Source: Wolbachia endosymbiont of Onchocerca ochengi (GTDB lineage Bacteria; Pseudomonadota; Alphaproteobacteria; Rickettsiales; Anaplasmataceae). Taken from it: DNA of 32,000 nt. The notes beneath the pieces are model-generated. The model worked only from the letters and a program-made list of their open reading frames with translations. It did no database searches and was not told where the DNA came from. Below, in pieces: positions 1 through 8,845 of the stretch (position 1 is the first letter of the stretch; every line of letters starts with the position of its first letter). The DNA lies in contig NC_018267.1 of the NCBI RefSeq assembly GCF_000306885.1, positions 360,001 to 392,000 on the forward strand, written 5' to 3'. The position numbers and the translations under genes are program-made.

Positions 1-376
1 TTTCCGATAGATCTATTAACCTACCTTCAACAAAGGGCCCTCTATCGTTAACCCTTACAACAAGTTTTCTTCCATTTTTTAAGTTAGTAACAAGAATAAA
101 ACATGGTAAAGGCAGAGTTCTATGCGCTGCAGAAATCAAGTGACGGTTAAATACTTCACCGTTTGCTGTAATTGTACTATGGCCTTCTATTCCGTACCAT
201 GATGCTATCCCCACCTCTTCGTAATGGTTACAGTGTTTTGGATGATAAGTTACACCATTTATTGTGTAGCTATTACCGATTTTATAGTGACCTGCAGTGC
301 TATTGCACCTGCTGCTAAGACCACAACTACTTACTAAAACAAATATTAGACACAGCAAAACTAGGTTTTTAATCAT
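1..376 (-). CDS. rlpA: RlpA-like septal ring lipoprotein (3' end truncated by window edge)
   Basis: Reverse complement of 1..376 translates to MIKNLVLLCLIFVLVSSCGLSSRCNSTAGHYKIGNSYTINGVTYHPKHCNHYEEVGIASWYGIEGHSTITANGEVFNRHLISAAHRTLPLPCFILVTNLKNGRKLVVRVNDRGPFVEGRLIDLS. It has the RlpA signature (GxASWYG, TANGE.FN, AAHRTLPLP, V.VNDRGPF) and a lipobox-like VSSC. Not in the supplied ORF track because it runs off the edge. Confidence 0.9.
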   Translation of the reverse strand, partial: MIKNLVLLCLIFVLVSSCGLSSRCNSTAGHYKIGNSYTINGVTYHPKHCNHYEEVGIASWYGIEGHSTITANGEVFNRHLISAAHRTLPLPCFILVTNLKNGRKLVVRVNDRGPFVEGRLIDLSE

Positions 377-461
377 TACATTCAGTGAAAAGGCTTAATT
401 ACTATAGTATTTTAAATTAAACTATAATAGATTTAGTAATAAGTAAACTTTTACATTAAAT

Positions 462-1925
462 ATGAACGATACTCGAAAAGAAACAATATACCTAATTGGC
501 ATAGGAGGAATTGGAATGAGCGCAATCGCTGAAATCCTTCACAACTCCAACTATAAAGTTCAAGGCAGTGATGTACGATCAAACGCCAATGTAGATAGGT
601 TACAAAAGTTAGGCATAGAGATCTATATTGGTCATAATGCTAATAATATCAAGCAAGCTCAAGTGGTCGTATATTCTTCTGCAATAAAATCTGATAATGT
701 TGAATTAGTTACAGCAAAAGATACCAACAAAATCATTTTGCATAGGTCAGATATACTTGCTGAAATCATGAAAGATAAATATGTAATAGCAGTTTCAGGC
801 TCAAGTGGAAAGACAACAACAACTGCTATGATTGCTTCCATTTTGGATTATTCCAGTGGACCACTTTCCGCTATCCAAATAGCTGATGCTAGTAGCAAAA
901 AAAAAGATTTAGATTCTAGCGTCACGCTCCAGAATAACACCAACATAGGAATTGATGCAACCGTAATTGTAGGAGGCATATTAAACTCCTATCAGAGTAA
1001 CTTAAAACTTGGAAAGAGTGACATTTTTTTAATCGAAGCTGATGAGTCTGATGGAACTATGCTAAAAATTCCTGCAAATATTGCTGTCATAACGAGTATC
1101 AATAACGACCACATAGAATATTATAGAACATTTAGTAACCTCAAAAATGCATTTTTTCAGTTTACAAATGAAGCAGATTTTGCAATTCTACCTGATTCTG
1201 TAAGCATTGATCATGATGCAAGTAATTCTATAACGTTTGGGCTTGAAGGTGGTAATATTAAAGCTAGCAACATTAAGCAGTATGCTAACAGTATTAGTAT
1301 TAGTTTCGATGTGTTAGTTAATAATAACCATAGAATAAAAAATGTGGTACTATCAAATGCAATAGGAATGCATAAAATCAGTAACGCCTTAGCTGCAATA
1401 TCCACTGCGATAAAACTAGGAATCAGTGATAAAGAGATTAAAAAAGGTCTCTTGGAATTTAAAGGAGTAGCAAGAAGATTTTCTTTAATCGCTAACATCA
1501 AAGGCCTCAAATTAATTGAGGATTATGCGCATCATCCTAATGAAATACAAGCAACTCTGACAGCAGCGCGTTTAATCGCTAAAGAAAAAGTAATAGGAGT
1601 CATCGAGCTATTTCGTTTTGTTCGTATTCATAATTTTTTTGATGAATTTATACGGATTTTGATGATGTTTGACTATATCATCCTCACCCCTATCCATCCT
1701 CTAGAAGATAAACCCATTCCTGGTTGCAGGATCAACGATATACAAAAAGCTCTATTAAGTAACGGGTTTAATAGTGTAAAGACTGCGAATGATGCTTTGC
1801 TCATTTCACATCTTATTAGTAATTTGACAAATTCAGGCGATGTAGTACTATTTATTGGTCCTAGCAATAACATAGCTAAACTAGCAAGAGAAACTACAAC
1901 ACTCATGTCAAAAATAAAAGTTTAA
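462..1925 (+). CDS. murC: UDP-N-acetylmuramate--L-alanine ligase
   Basis: 487 aa; [15 protein letters not shown]-terminus, GKTTTT P-loop, [15 protein letters not shown]. Several conserved motifs are altered (see findings). Confidence 0.9.
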   Translation: MNDTRKETIYLIGIGGIGMSAIAEILHNSNYKVQGSDVRSNANVDRLQKLGIEIYIGHNANNIKQAQVVVYSSAIKSDNVELVTAKDTNKIILHRSDILAEIMKDKYVIAVSGSSGKTTTTAMIASILDYSSGPLSAIQIADASSKKKDLDSSVTLQNNTNIGIDATVIVGGILNSYQSNLKLGKSDIFLIEADESDGTMLKIPANIAVITSINNDHIEYYRTFSNLKNAFFQFTNEADFAILPDSVSIDHDASNSITFGLEGGNIKASNIKQYANSISISFDVLVNNNHRIKNVVLSNAIGMHKISNALAAISTAIKLGISDKEIKKGLLEFKGVARRFSLIANIKGLKLIEDYAHHPNEIQATLTAARLIAKEKVIGVIELFRFVRIHNFFDEFIRILMMFDYIILTPIHPLEDKPIPGCRINDIQKALLSNGFNSVKTANDALLISHLISNLTNSGDVVLFIGPSNNIAKLARETTTLMSKIKV

Positions 1926-1929
1926 TATA

Positions 1930-3195
1930 ATGAAAAAGATGATCAACAGTGTGTTCGCAAGAGAAATTTTAGATAGTAGAGGTTATCCAACTATTGAAGT
2001 AGAGATTGAACTCTGTGATGGAGCAATAGGTAGAGCATCTGTACCCTCTGGAGCTTCAACCGGCAAACTAGAAGCCTTAGAATTGAGAGATCAAGATGAA
2101 AAAAGATATTGTGGTAAGGGAGTATTGAAAGCAGTTCAAGCTGCAAACGTAGTGATAGCAAATAGGATCATTGGCATGGATGCAACAAACCAAAGTATAA
2201 TCGATCAAACTTTAATTGAACTCGATGAAACGAAAAATAAATCTAAACTTGGAGCAAATACAACCTTAGGGGTGTCTCTTGCAGTTGCAAAAGCAGCAGC
2301 AAATAGTTTTAAAATACCACTATATAAGTATTTAGGAGGCGAACAGGCAAATGTTATACCAGGTCCACTCATTAACATAATTAACGGAGGAGTACATGCA
2401 GATAATAAACTTGATTTTCAGGAGTTCATGATTCTCCCTGTTGGAGCTGAGACTCTAAGTGAAGCAATCAGAATGTCCGCGGAAGTGTTTCACAATTTGC
2501 GCAATATTCTTAAGAAAAATGGTTACAGTACAAACGTAGGAGATGAAGGTGGCTTTGCACCAAACATTGAAAGCACCGAAGAAGTACTTGACCTGATTAT
2601 ATACGCTATAGAATTTTCTGGTTATTCAGTGCACAATCACTTCACATTAGGTCTTGATGTTGCTTCATCTACCTTCTATGAAGATAGAGTTTATAAATTT
2701 AAAAATGGAGAGCTCACCTCAGAAGAATTGGCTGAGTATTATTTTAACCTTGTAGAAAAATATCCAATAACCTCTATAGAAGATGCAATGAGCGAAGACG
2801 ATTATGAAGGTTGGAAATTACTCACTGCAAGATTAGGAAATAAAATTCAATTGGTCGGAGATGATCTGTTTACTACAAATTGTCAACTAATACGTAAAGG
2901 AATAGAAGAAAACATGGCAAATGCTGTATTGATCAAACCAAATCAGATAGGAACATTAACAGAAACCTTAGCTGCTATCGAAATGGCAAGATTAAATGAC
3001 TATAAAGCTATTATTTCTCATCGCTCAGGTGAAACAGAAGACACAACAATATCTCACATAGCAGTTGCATCAAATTGCGGACAAATAAAAACTGGTTCGC
3101 TATCGCGTTCCGATAGGCTTGCAAAGTATAACGAACTAATGAGAATAGAAAGCACACTGGGAGAAAACGCTAAATATTATCATAAGTTAGTATGA
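1930..3195 (+). CDS. eno: Enolase
   Basis: 421 aa; [70 protein letters not shown]. Confidence 0.98.
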   Translation: MKKMINSVFAREILDSRGYPTIEVEIELCDGAIGRASVPSGASTGKLEALELRDQDEKRYCGKGVLKAVQAANVVIANRIIGMDATNQSIIDQTLIELDETKNKSKLGANTTLGVSLAVAKAAANSFKIPLYKYLGGEQANVIPGPLINIINGGVHADNKLDFQEFMILPVGAETLSEAIRMSAEVFHNLRNILKKNGYSTNVGDEGGFAPNIESTEEVLDLIIYAIEFSGYSVHNHFTLGLDVASSTFYEDRVYKFKNGELTSEELAEYYFNLVEKYPITSIEDAMSEDDYEGWKLLTARLGNKIQLVGDDLFTTNCQLIRKGIEENMANAVLIKPNQIGTLTETLAAIEMARLNDYKAIISHRSGETEDTTISHIAVASNCGQIKTGSLSRSDRLAKYNELMRIESTLGENAKYYHKLV

Positions 3196-4217
3196 ATTTC
3201 ATAGACGAAGTTGAATTATATTTAGAAGCAGGTGATGGAGGTGATGGCTGCGCAAGCTTTCGTCGAGAAAAATTTGTTGAATTTGGTGGTCCAAACGGCG
3301 GTAACGGAGGAAAGGGAGGAAACATAGTTTTTGTTAGCGATGCAAATCTCAATACTTTACTTAACTTTCATTATATGAGACACATTAAAGCAAATGATGG
3401 AAAAAATGGTGCAAGCAGAGGCAGATCTGGTACAGCAGGGAAGGATATTATACTTAAAGTTCCAGTTGGTACACAAATAATCGATGAAGAAAATGAGGAA
3501 GTAATAGTAGATTTCGATAAACCTGATATGAAATTTCAAGCAGCACAAGGTGGTAAAGGTGGACTTGGAAATACTAATTTTAAATCCTCTACTAATAAGG
3601 CACCAAGATGTTTTACTTACGGTCAGCTTGGTGAGAAAAGAAACATAACATTAAAGCTGAAAGTTTTATCGGATGTCGGTATTATTGGCATGCCAAATGT
3701 AGGTAAATCAAAATTTTTAACTCGTTGTTCAAATGCAGATACAAGGGTAGAAAATTATCCATTCACCACCATCAGGCCACATTTAGGTGTAGCAAAGGTG
3801 GATGACAGCAAGATTGTGATAGCAGATATTCCTGGAATCATTATTGATGCTCATCTTGGAGTTGGGCTCGGTCACAAGTTTTTAAAACATATAGAAAGGT
3901 GCAAAATTTTACTACACTTTATTGACATAATTCATGATGATGTTATTTCAGCTTATAATTGTACACGCAATGAGTTGAAGCTTTACAATTATAATCTCAT
4001 TAAAAAGGAAGAAATTGTAGTATTAAACAAATGCGACTTGTTGCAAGAAGCAGAAATTCTTAAAAAGAGAAATTACTTAGTTAATTATCTTAATAAAGAA
4101 ATACTATGTTTATCAATTAATGATGATTTACAGCCTATTCTAAGATTATTAAGTGAGAAATTAAAAAAAAGCGACTCAAAAAGAACTACTAATGTATACG
4201 ACCCTTTCAAGATATAA
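3192..4217 (+). CDS. obgE: Obg/CgtA family GTPase
   Basis: 341 aa; Gly-rich Obg domain ([31 protein letters not shown]), [18 protein letters not shown]. Start overlaps the eno stop by 4 nt (ATGA). Confidence 0.97.
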   Translation: MNFIDEVELYLEAGDGGDGCASFRREKFVEFGGPNGGNGGKGGNIVFVSDANLNTLLNFHYMRHIKANDGKNGASRGRSGTAGKDIILKVPVGTQIIDEENEEVIVDFDKPDMKFQAAQGGKGGLGNTNFKSSTNKAPRCFTYGQLGEKRNITLKLKVLSDVGIIGMPNVGKSKFLTRCSNADTRVENYPFTTIRPHLGVAKVDDSKIVIADIPGIIIDAHLGVGLGHKFLKHIERCKILLHFIDIIHDDVISAYNCTRNELKLYNYNLIKKEEIVVLNKCDLLQEAEILKKRNYLVNYLNKEILCLSINDDLQPILRLLSEKLKKSDSKRTTNVYDPFKI

Positions 4218-4589
4218 ACTCCCCCCTATTCAATACTTATACAGGCATGTGATAATTAAGGATTTTAATAGCTTAAGTGGTTTTTTATTAAGAGTATAAA
4301 ATTTTAGACATAAGGTCCACCACATAAAAAAAGATTCAAAAAAAATGTAATGCATACGTGAAAGAGATTAAACACGTGTATACGCACCTATGTACATTAA
4401 AAAATGTGTACACTTCATTTTAACTGAAATTTAGATAAAAACCTGTAGGCAGAGATAAATTTTAAGCTCTCTAAATACCTTTATTGTAACCAGTAGTATC
4501 ATTAAATAAACAAATAAAGTAATCTCTTTATACTAAGAAATCTTAATTTTACTTTAGTTATTAATCATCTTGAAGTTAAATATCTTGAC

Positions 4590-4700
4590 ATCTACTCAAT
4601 GCTACTACATAATAAGTGTGTGCATTTTGTACACTATGGCAATAAAATTACCTTGTAATAGGTGTATTGGACCCGAGGGCAGTACTCGGCGCCTCCACCA
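4590..4700 (+). ncRNA. ssrA: Permuted tmRNA, acceptor piece (5' boundary approximate)
   Basis: Ends ...GGACCCGAGGGCAGTACTCGGCGCCTCCACCA. T-arm-like stem CCGAG/CTCGG with a 7-nt loop, encoded CCA. The 3' strand CGCCTCC pairs 7 of 7 (with G-U) with GGGGGTG at 4712-4718, closing the acceptor stem of a circularly permuted alphaproteobacterial tmRNA. Confidence 0.9.
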
Positions 4701-4711
4701 TATTTTTACAT

Positions 4712-4915
4712 GGGGGTGAATAAGGATCGACATACATAGTAAAGATGGTAGCTTTGCTCGGTCAGATACCACCGTTAAGAGTTTATAATTTAGATGCAAA
4801 CGATAATTTTGCTGCTAATGGTAATGTTGTAGCATTAGTTGCTTAAACTAAGCTATAATCTTATTACTATAAGCACGGTTTGGGAACGCCGGGTAACAGA
4901 AAGTTCCCCAAGAAT
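4712..4915 (+). ncRNA. ssrA: Permuted tmRNA, coding piece (3' boundary approximate); tag ORF 4796..4846
   Basis: Starts GGGGGTGAATAAGGATCGACA. The tag reading frame GCA AAC GAT AAT TTT GCT GCT AAT GGT AAT GTT GTA GCA TTA GTT GCT TAA gives ANDNFAANGNVVALVA*. A terminal stem TTGGGAAC/GTTCCCCAA lies at about 4880-4911. Confidence 0.92.
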
Positions 4916-4934
4916 TTATGTGTATAAAAGTTAT

Positions 4935-5372
4935 ATGAATAAAACAGATTACAAAAAATCACTTACTTTTGCAAAGTTTCAAGTTGTCAAAAAGGCTTTA
5001 GCCATCATATCAGATAATGATTTCACACCTCATTTAGAAATACTATTTTTTACATATTTTAATGGTGTTATCGTGCCAGATTATTTGAAAAAGTCATACC
5101 CTACCCAAATGCTTATCATATTACAGCATCAGTTTCATGGTTTAAAAGTTTCTGAGGACAGATTTAGTGTCAGGTTAAGCTTTCACGGAAAACAAGAACA
5201 AATTACTGTATCACTTTTTGCTATCAGTGAGTTTCACGATAAAACTTCAGGAGATGTTTTAATATTTGATAAAATCAGTATAAATTCTGACAAAAAATAC
5301 AATGGTAAAAAATGTACTAAAAAATTATTAAGCAGTAGCATTATACATATAGATCAGCTGCGTGATAAGTAG
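4935..5372 (+). CDS. sspB: ClpXP adaptor SspB, alphaproteobacterial type
   Basis: From internal Met33 of the track ORF 4839..5372: MNKTDYKKSLTFAKFQVVKKAL...GVIVPDYLKKSYPTQMLIILQHQFHGLKVSEDRFSVRLSFHGKQEQITVSLFAISEFHDK. This matches the SspB-alpha pattern (GVVIPDxLxxxYPxEMxIVLQHQFWDLxV...FSVxLSFxGxxExLxVPFxAIxxFxD). The track's upstream start lies inside tmRNA, so 4935 is preferred. Confidence 0.85.
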   Translation: MNKTDYKKSLTFAKFQVVKKALAIISDNDFTPHLEILFFTYFNGVIVPDYLKKSYPTQMLIILQHQFHGLKVSEDRFSVRLSFHGKQEQITVSLFAISEFHDKTSGDVLIFDKISINSDKKYNGKKCTKKLLSSSIIHIDQLRDK

Positions 5373-5449
5373 TCATTGAAAATTCAGTTTCATAACACGC
5401 AAAAGAGGGAAAAAGTTACCTTAATTAAACAATGAGCGGAAGATTTTGT

Positions 5450-6749
5450 ATTGTGATTTATTTAGACGTAATTAGGAAACATGTTTTTTCCACATCAATG
5501 AATATTTATGTACATAATCACTAATTACAAGTCGGATAGCTGCCTGAAGTTGCCCAGCACTTGAATTATTAAGATTCCTATTTGGTGATTATTTTTAATC
5601 ATCCCTAAAATAATCACACACAATTCCAGCTTTAGAACATGCCGTACTGTAGTATCTTCGAAAGTAACAGAATCAATCAGATATTTTTCATTGAATCTCA
5701 AGCCTCATCCTCATCTTAAATCCATCTCTGTTTTCTTTTAGAAAGGTTTTTATTCTATCAAGTGTATTACCCATAGTAAGAGTGGCTGAGGCAAAGTATC
5801 AATTAACTGCTTATACAAGTTATGTAGGAATACTCTCTTTTTTTATTTTCAGTATCATTTGAGCTTGAAATTACAAATTCCTCTTACTTACATACAAATT
5901 CGCAGCTTTTAGTTTTACTATATACAATTACTATTAATTCAACAACATAATTTAAAGGAGTATTTCCAAGAAAATTCTTTATATTAATACTCACCTTTAC
6001 TTTCCAAGCCTTCTTTAAGAAATACTAACCTCAATCATTAACACAAGACCTGAATAATGATCGTTCTCCGCTTTTAAGAGTTAATATTATTCTTCACTTA
6101 AATTACCACCACCTTCCATCTGCTGACTTACATACTACATTTTGATCTTACCCTATTTTGAACATTGCTTAGTTTTCACAAGTACCAGTTTAATTATATT
6201 GATCTACATTATACGCACCACCATAATTGGTGTAGCTCATATCAAAGTACTCAAAAGATTGAAGGTTTTAAGATTTAACATTGCTATATGTTCGGTCAAG
6301 CTTACCAAAATTAAAGTCGTAGTTATTATTATTCACAAGCACAGCAGATACATAAGAAACATTATTCCCTCAATAATTTTAATCTTATCTGTCGCAGAAG
6401 GCAAAGTTATGTTGATAGTTTTTCCTGCTATTTTTCAATTCAATCATATCATCTAGCATAAGTATTTACCACTGATTAATCTATAAGTCATAATTACTCT
6501 CAACAAACTCTAATTTTGATATTATTAGGTTAGGAGAATAAAGCAACTTCAGTAATTGATAGACCTTCAGGTGTAACTTTTCCTAACCAGCATCGATAAA
6601 AATAAAGAGCGCCGAAGTGTAGTATCTACAACTGCATGATCGCTCAAAAACGCAATAATATCTTTAATAATATAGTCTTCTTTAGCAAAATTCTGGATTT
6701 CTTTCGGGATTAGAGTATCATTAACATCAATAACAGATCTAAAGAACAA
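5450..6749 (-). pseudogene. Decayed coding remnants including an ankyrin-repeat-like segment
   Basis: Minus-strand frames with stops and shifts: MFFRSVIDVNDTLIPKEIQNFAKEDYIIKDIIAFLSDHAVVDTTLRRSLF (6749..), DDMIELKNSRKNYQHNFAFCD, NNVSYVSAVLVNNNNYDFNFGKLDRTYSNVKS*, VSINIKNFLGNTPLNYVVEL (ANK-like, 5994..5884), SATLTMGNTLDRIKTFLKENRDGFKMRMRLEI, NEKYLIDSVTFEDTTVRHVLKLE, SAGQLQAAIRLVISDYVHKYSLMWKKHVS. May be more than one gene. Confidence 0.45.
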
Positions 6750-6754
6750 AGAAA

Positions 6755-7378
6755 TTGAACATGGTAAAATGGCTAATACCTGATCAGCTTATTGATTATA
6801 AGTATGCTGTAAAATTCATGGAAACAAAAGTTCAAGAAATTTATAACAATTCATCCGACGAGCTAGTATGGCTACTCCAACATCCTCCACTATACACAGC
6901 AGGGATTAGTGCAATAGATGATGAAATCGTTGAAGAATTGTTTCCTGTGCATAAAACAGGTAGGGGTGGTAAGTATACATACCATGGTCCAGGACAGCGT
7001 ATTATATATTTAATGTTGAACCTTAAAAAAAGAAATAAATGCGATATAAAACTATATATTAGAAACCTAAGTAATTGGATCATAAGCGTTTTAAGGCACT
7101 TCAATATATTTGGAAAATTCAAAGAAGATAGAATAGGTGTTTGGGTAACTAAAAATGGAGTAGAAGAAAAAATAGCAGCTTTCGGTATTCGTTTAAGAAA
7201 ATGGGTAACTTACCATGGTATAGCGCTCAACGTCTCTCCAGATCTTTCTCACTACAAGGGCATTATCCCTTGTGGACTAAAAGACTACGGTATTACATCA
7301 ATGAAAAAACTAGGAGTTGAAGCTCCACTGCCTGAATTAGATGATATACTAAAAAAAGAGTTTTATAAGATATTTTAA
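6755..7378 (+). CDS. lipB: Octanoyltransferase LipB (alternative ATG start at 6761)
   Basis: 207 aa; LLQHPPLYTAGIS, VHKTGRGGKYTYHGPGQRIIYLML, EEKIAAFGIRLRKWVTYHGIALNVSPDL. Track start at 6755 is TTG. Confidence 0.95.
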   Translation: MNMVKWLIPDQLIDYKYAVKFMETKVQEIYNNSSDELVWLLQHPPLYTAGISAIDDEIVEELFPVHKTGRGGKYTYHGPGQRIIYLMLNLKKRNKCDIKLYIRNLSNWIISVLRHFNIFGKFKEDRIGVWVTKNGVEEKIAAFGIRLRKWVTYHGIALNVSPDLSHYKGIIPCGLKDYGITSMKKLGVEAPLPELDDILKKEFYKIF

Positions 7379-7685
7379 TATATTTCATCATCGTTTACTT
7401 TTTATACTCCAATTTATTTTCTATATAGACTAACTCTATCTATAACAATCAAAATCAAGTTGATATTATTCTTCCCTCTTCCAAGAGAAAAGAGTTAGAC
7501 CTTATTACTATTAAATATCAAAGCTTTTACTATAACGCTTTGATATTTAACTTTCACCCATTTTTTGGAGAAAATATGCAGTAATGACAATCCTCTTTTT
7601 TCCAACTTTGATAAATTTTGAGCAAATAATTTTGATTAGTACACCAATTAATAATAGCAAAATAATTTAGTATATTAGGGAAAAT

Positions 7686-7886
7686 ATGAACTTTTTATCT
7701 AATTTCCTATTTAGAAAGATAATCCTCTAGTAAAAAAGAAAGAATTATTTAAAACAAGCTCATATTTCTAGTGAAGTGGAAGCAGAAATTTTGATAACTT
7801 TACTAACTTCGGTACAATAATCTATTGAATCTATAAAAGAAAGATTCACAGAAAGTGTCAATTTTTCTATATCAATTTTCCAATAA
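7686..7886 (+). pseudogene. Short coding remnant with internal stops in one frame
   Basis: Single-frame reading MNFLSNFLFRKIIL**KRKNYLKQAHISSEVEAEILITLLTSVQ*SIESIKERFTESVNFSISIFQ*. The composition looks protein-like despite three internal stops. Confidence 0.25.
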
Positions 7887-8044
7887 AATAGGCAAATTCA
7901 TGATCATTATATAATCCTTTATTCTTTAACACTTACACTACTATTATAGTGTCAAGACGAGAAAAAAGATTTTTATTTCTTATGGGTATATACAAAACAT
8001 AAATTTTGCAGATTAATTTGCAATTAAATATCTGTAAAATCATC

Positions 8045-8842
8045 CTAACAAAAATATTTCAATGCATTTTCAAATATGAGCATCCCATCACCATACTTTG
8101 GCACAGCGGACTTTAGGCGCTTACACTTTTCTTTTTCAAGTGGCCAGTTATCTTGCTGAGTAAAAAATATCCCTCTCTCCGGATGAGGCATTAAAGCTAA
8201 CACCTTACCATTCCTATCTGACAAAGCTGCTAAGTCATATATGGATCCATTTGGATTATAAGGAAACCGCAAGTTAGCATAGTTACCATTCTCATCAACG
8301 TAACGCAGTGCAATAGAGTTATTTTTAATCAAATGGCTCAAAACACCATTGCTCATAAAAAACTTACCTTCCCCATGAGCAATAGGAAGATACAACTCAT
8401 CTAGACCATGTAGCCAAATAGAATTACTATGTGGATTAACTTTAACTCTAATCCAACGACATTGATAATTGCCTATATCATTACGTACTAAAGCTAAATC
8501 AAAAAATTCTGGAATTAATTTTACTAATATTTGACAACCGTTGCATATTCCTATAACAAGCCTGTCCTTAGATAAAAAATCTTGAAATTGATTCAATAAG
8601 TTGTTCTTAATGCGTAGAGCAAAAGCATTACCAGCACCAGTGTTATCACCGTAAGAAAAACCACCTGGAATTACAAGTATATCACTCGATTTCAATTCAC
8701 CCGGATTACATATAATCTCATTAATATGAACAATTTTTACTTCTACATTACTAATACCAAGTTTTCTGCTACACTCTACAAATGCAAATGCAGTTTCTTT
8801 TTCACAATTTAAACCATAACCAAATAAAATAATAACTTTCAT
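8045..8842 (-). CDS. purQ: Phosphoribosylformylglycinamidine synthase, glutaminase subunit
   Basis: 265 aa; glutamine amidotransferase motifs IPGGFSYGD, VIGICNGCQILV, LPIAHGEGKF, ALMPHPER. Confidence 0.9.
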   Translation of the reverse strand: MKVIILFGYGLNCEKETAFAFVECSRKLGISNVEVKIVHINEIICNPGELKSSDILVIPGGFSYGDNTGAGNAFALRIKNNLLNQFQDFLSKDRLVIGICNGCQILVKLIPEFFDLALVRNDIGNYQCRWIRVKVNPHSNSIWLHGLDELYLPIAHGEGKFFMSNGVLSHLIKNNSIALRYVDENGNYANLRFPYNPNGSIYDLAALSDRNGKVLALMPHPERGIFFTQQDNWPLEKEKCKRLKSAVPKYGDGMLIFENALKYFC

Positions 8843-8845
8843 GAA

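Noticed and set aside
659-1906. Minus-strand ORFs 659..841, 1211..1510 and 1673..1906
   Set aside because: Antisense shadows fully inside murC with no recognisable domain.
4605-4799. Minus-strand ORF of 64 aa
   Set aside because: Antisense to the tmRNA; the tmRNA structure explains the conservation.
4839-4934. N-terminal 32 codons of track ORF 4839..5372
   Set aside because: They overlap the 3' part of the tmRNA coding piece; the SspB-like protein more plausibly starts at 4935.
6142-6456. Plus-strand ORF of 104 aa (Ile/Val-rich)
   Set aside because: Low-complexity hydrophobic translation of AT-rich DNA; the opposite strand gives more protein-like fragments.
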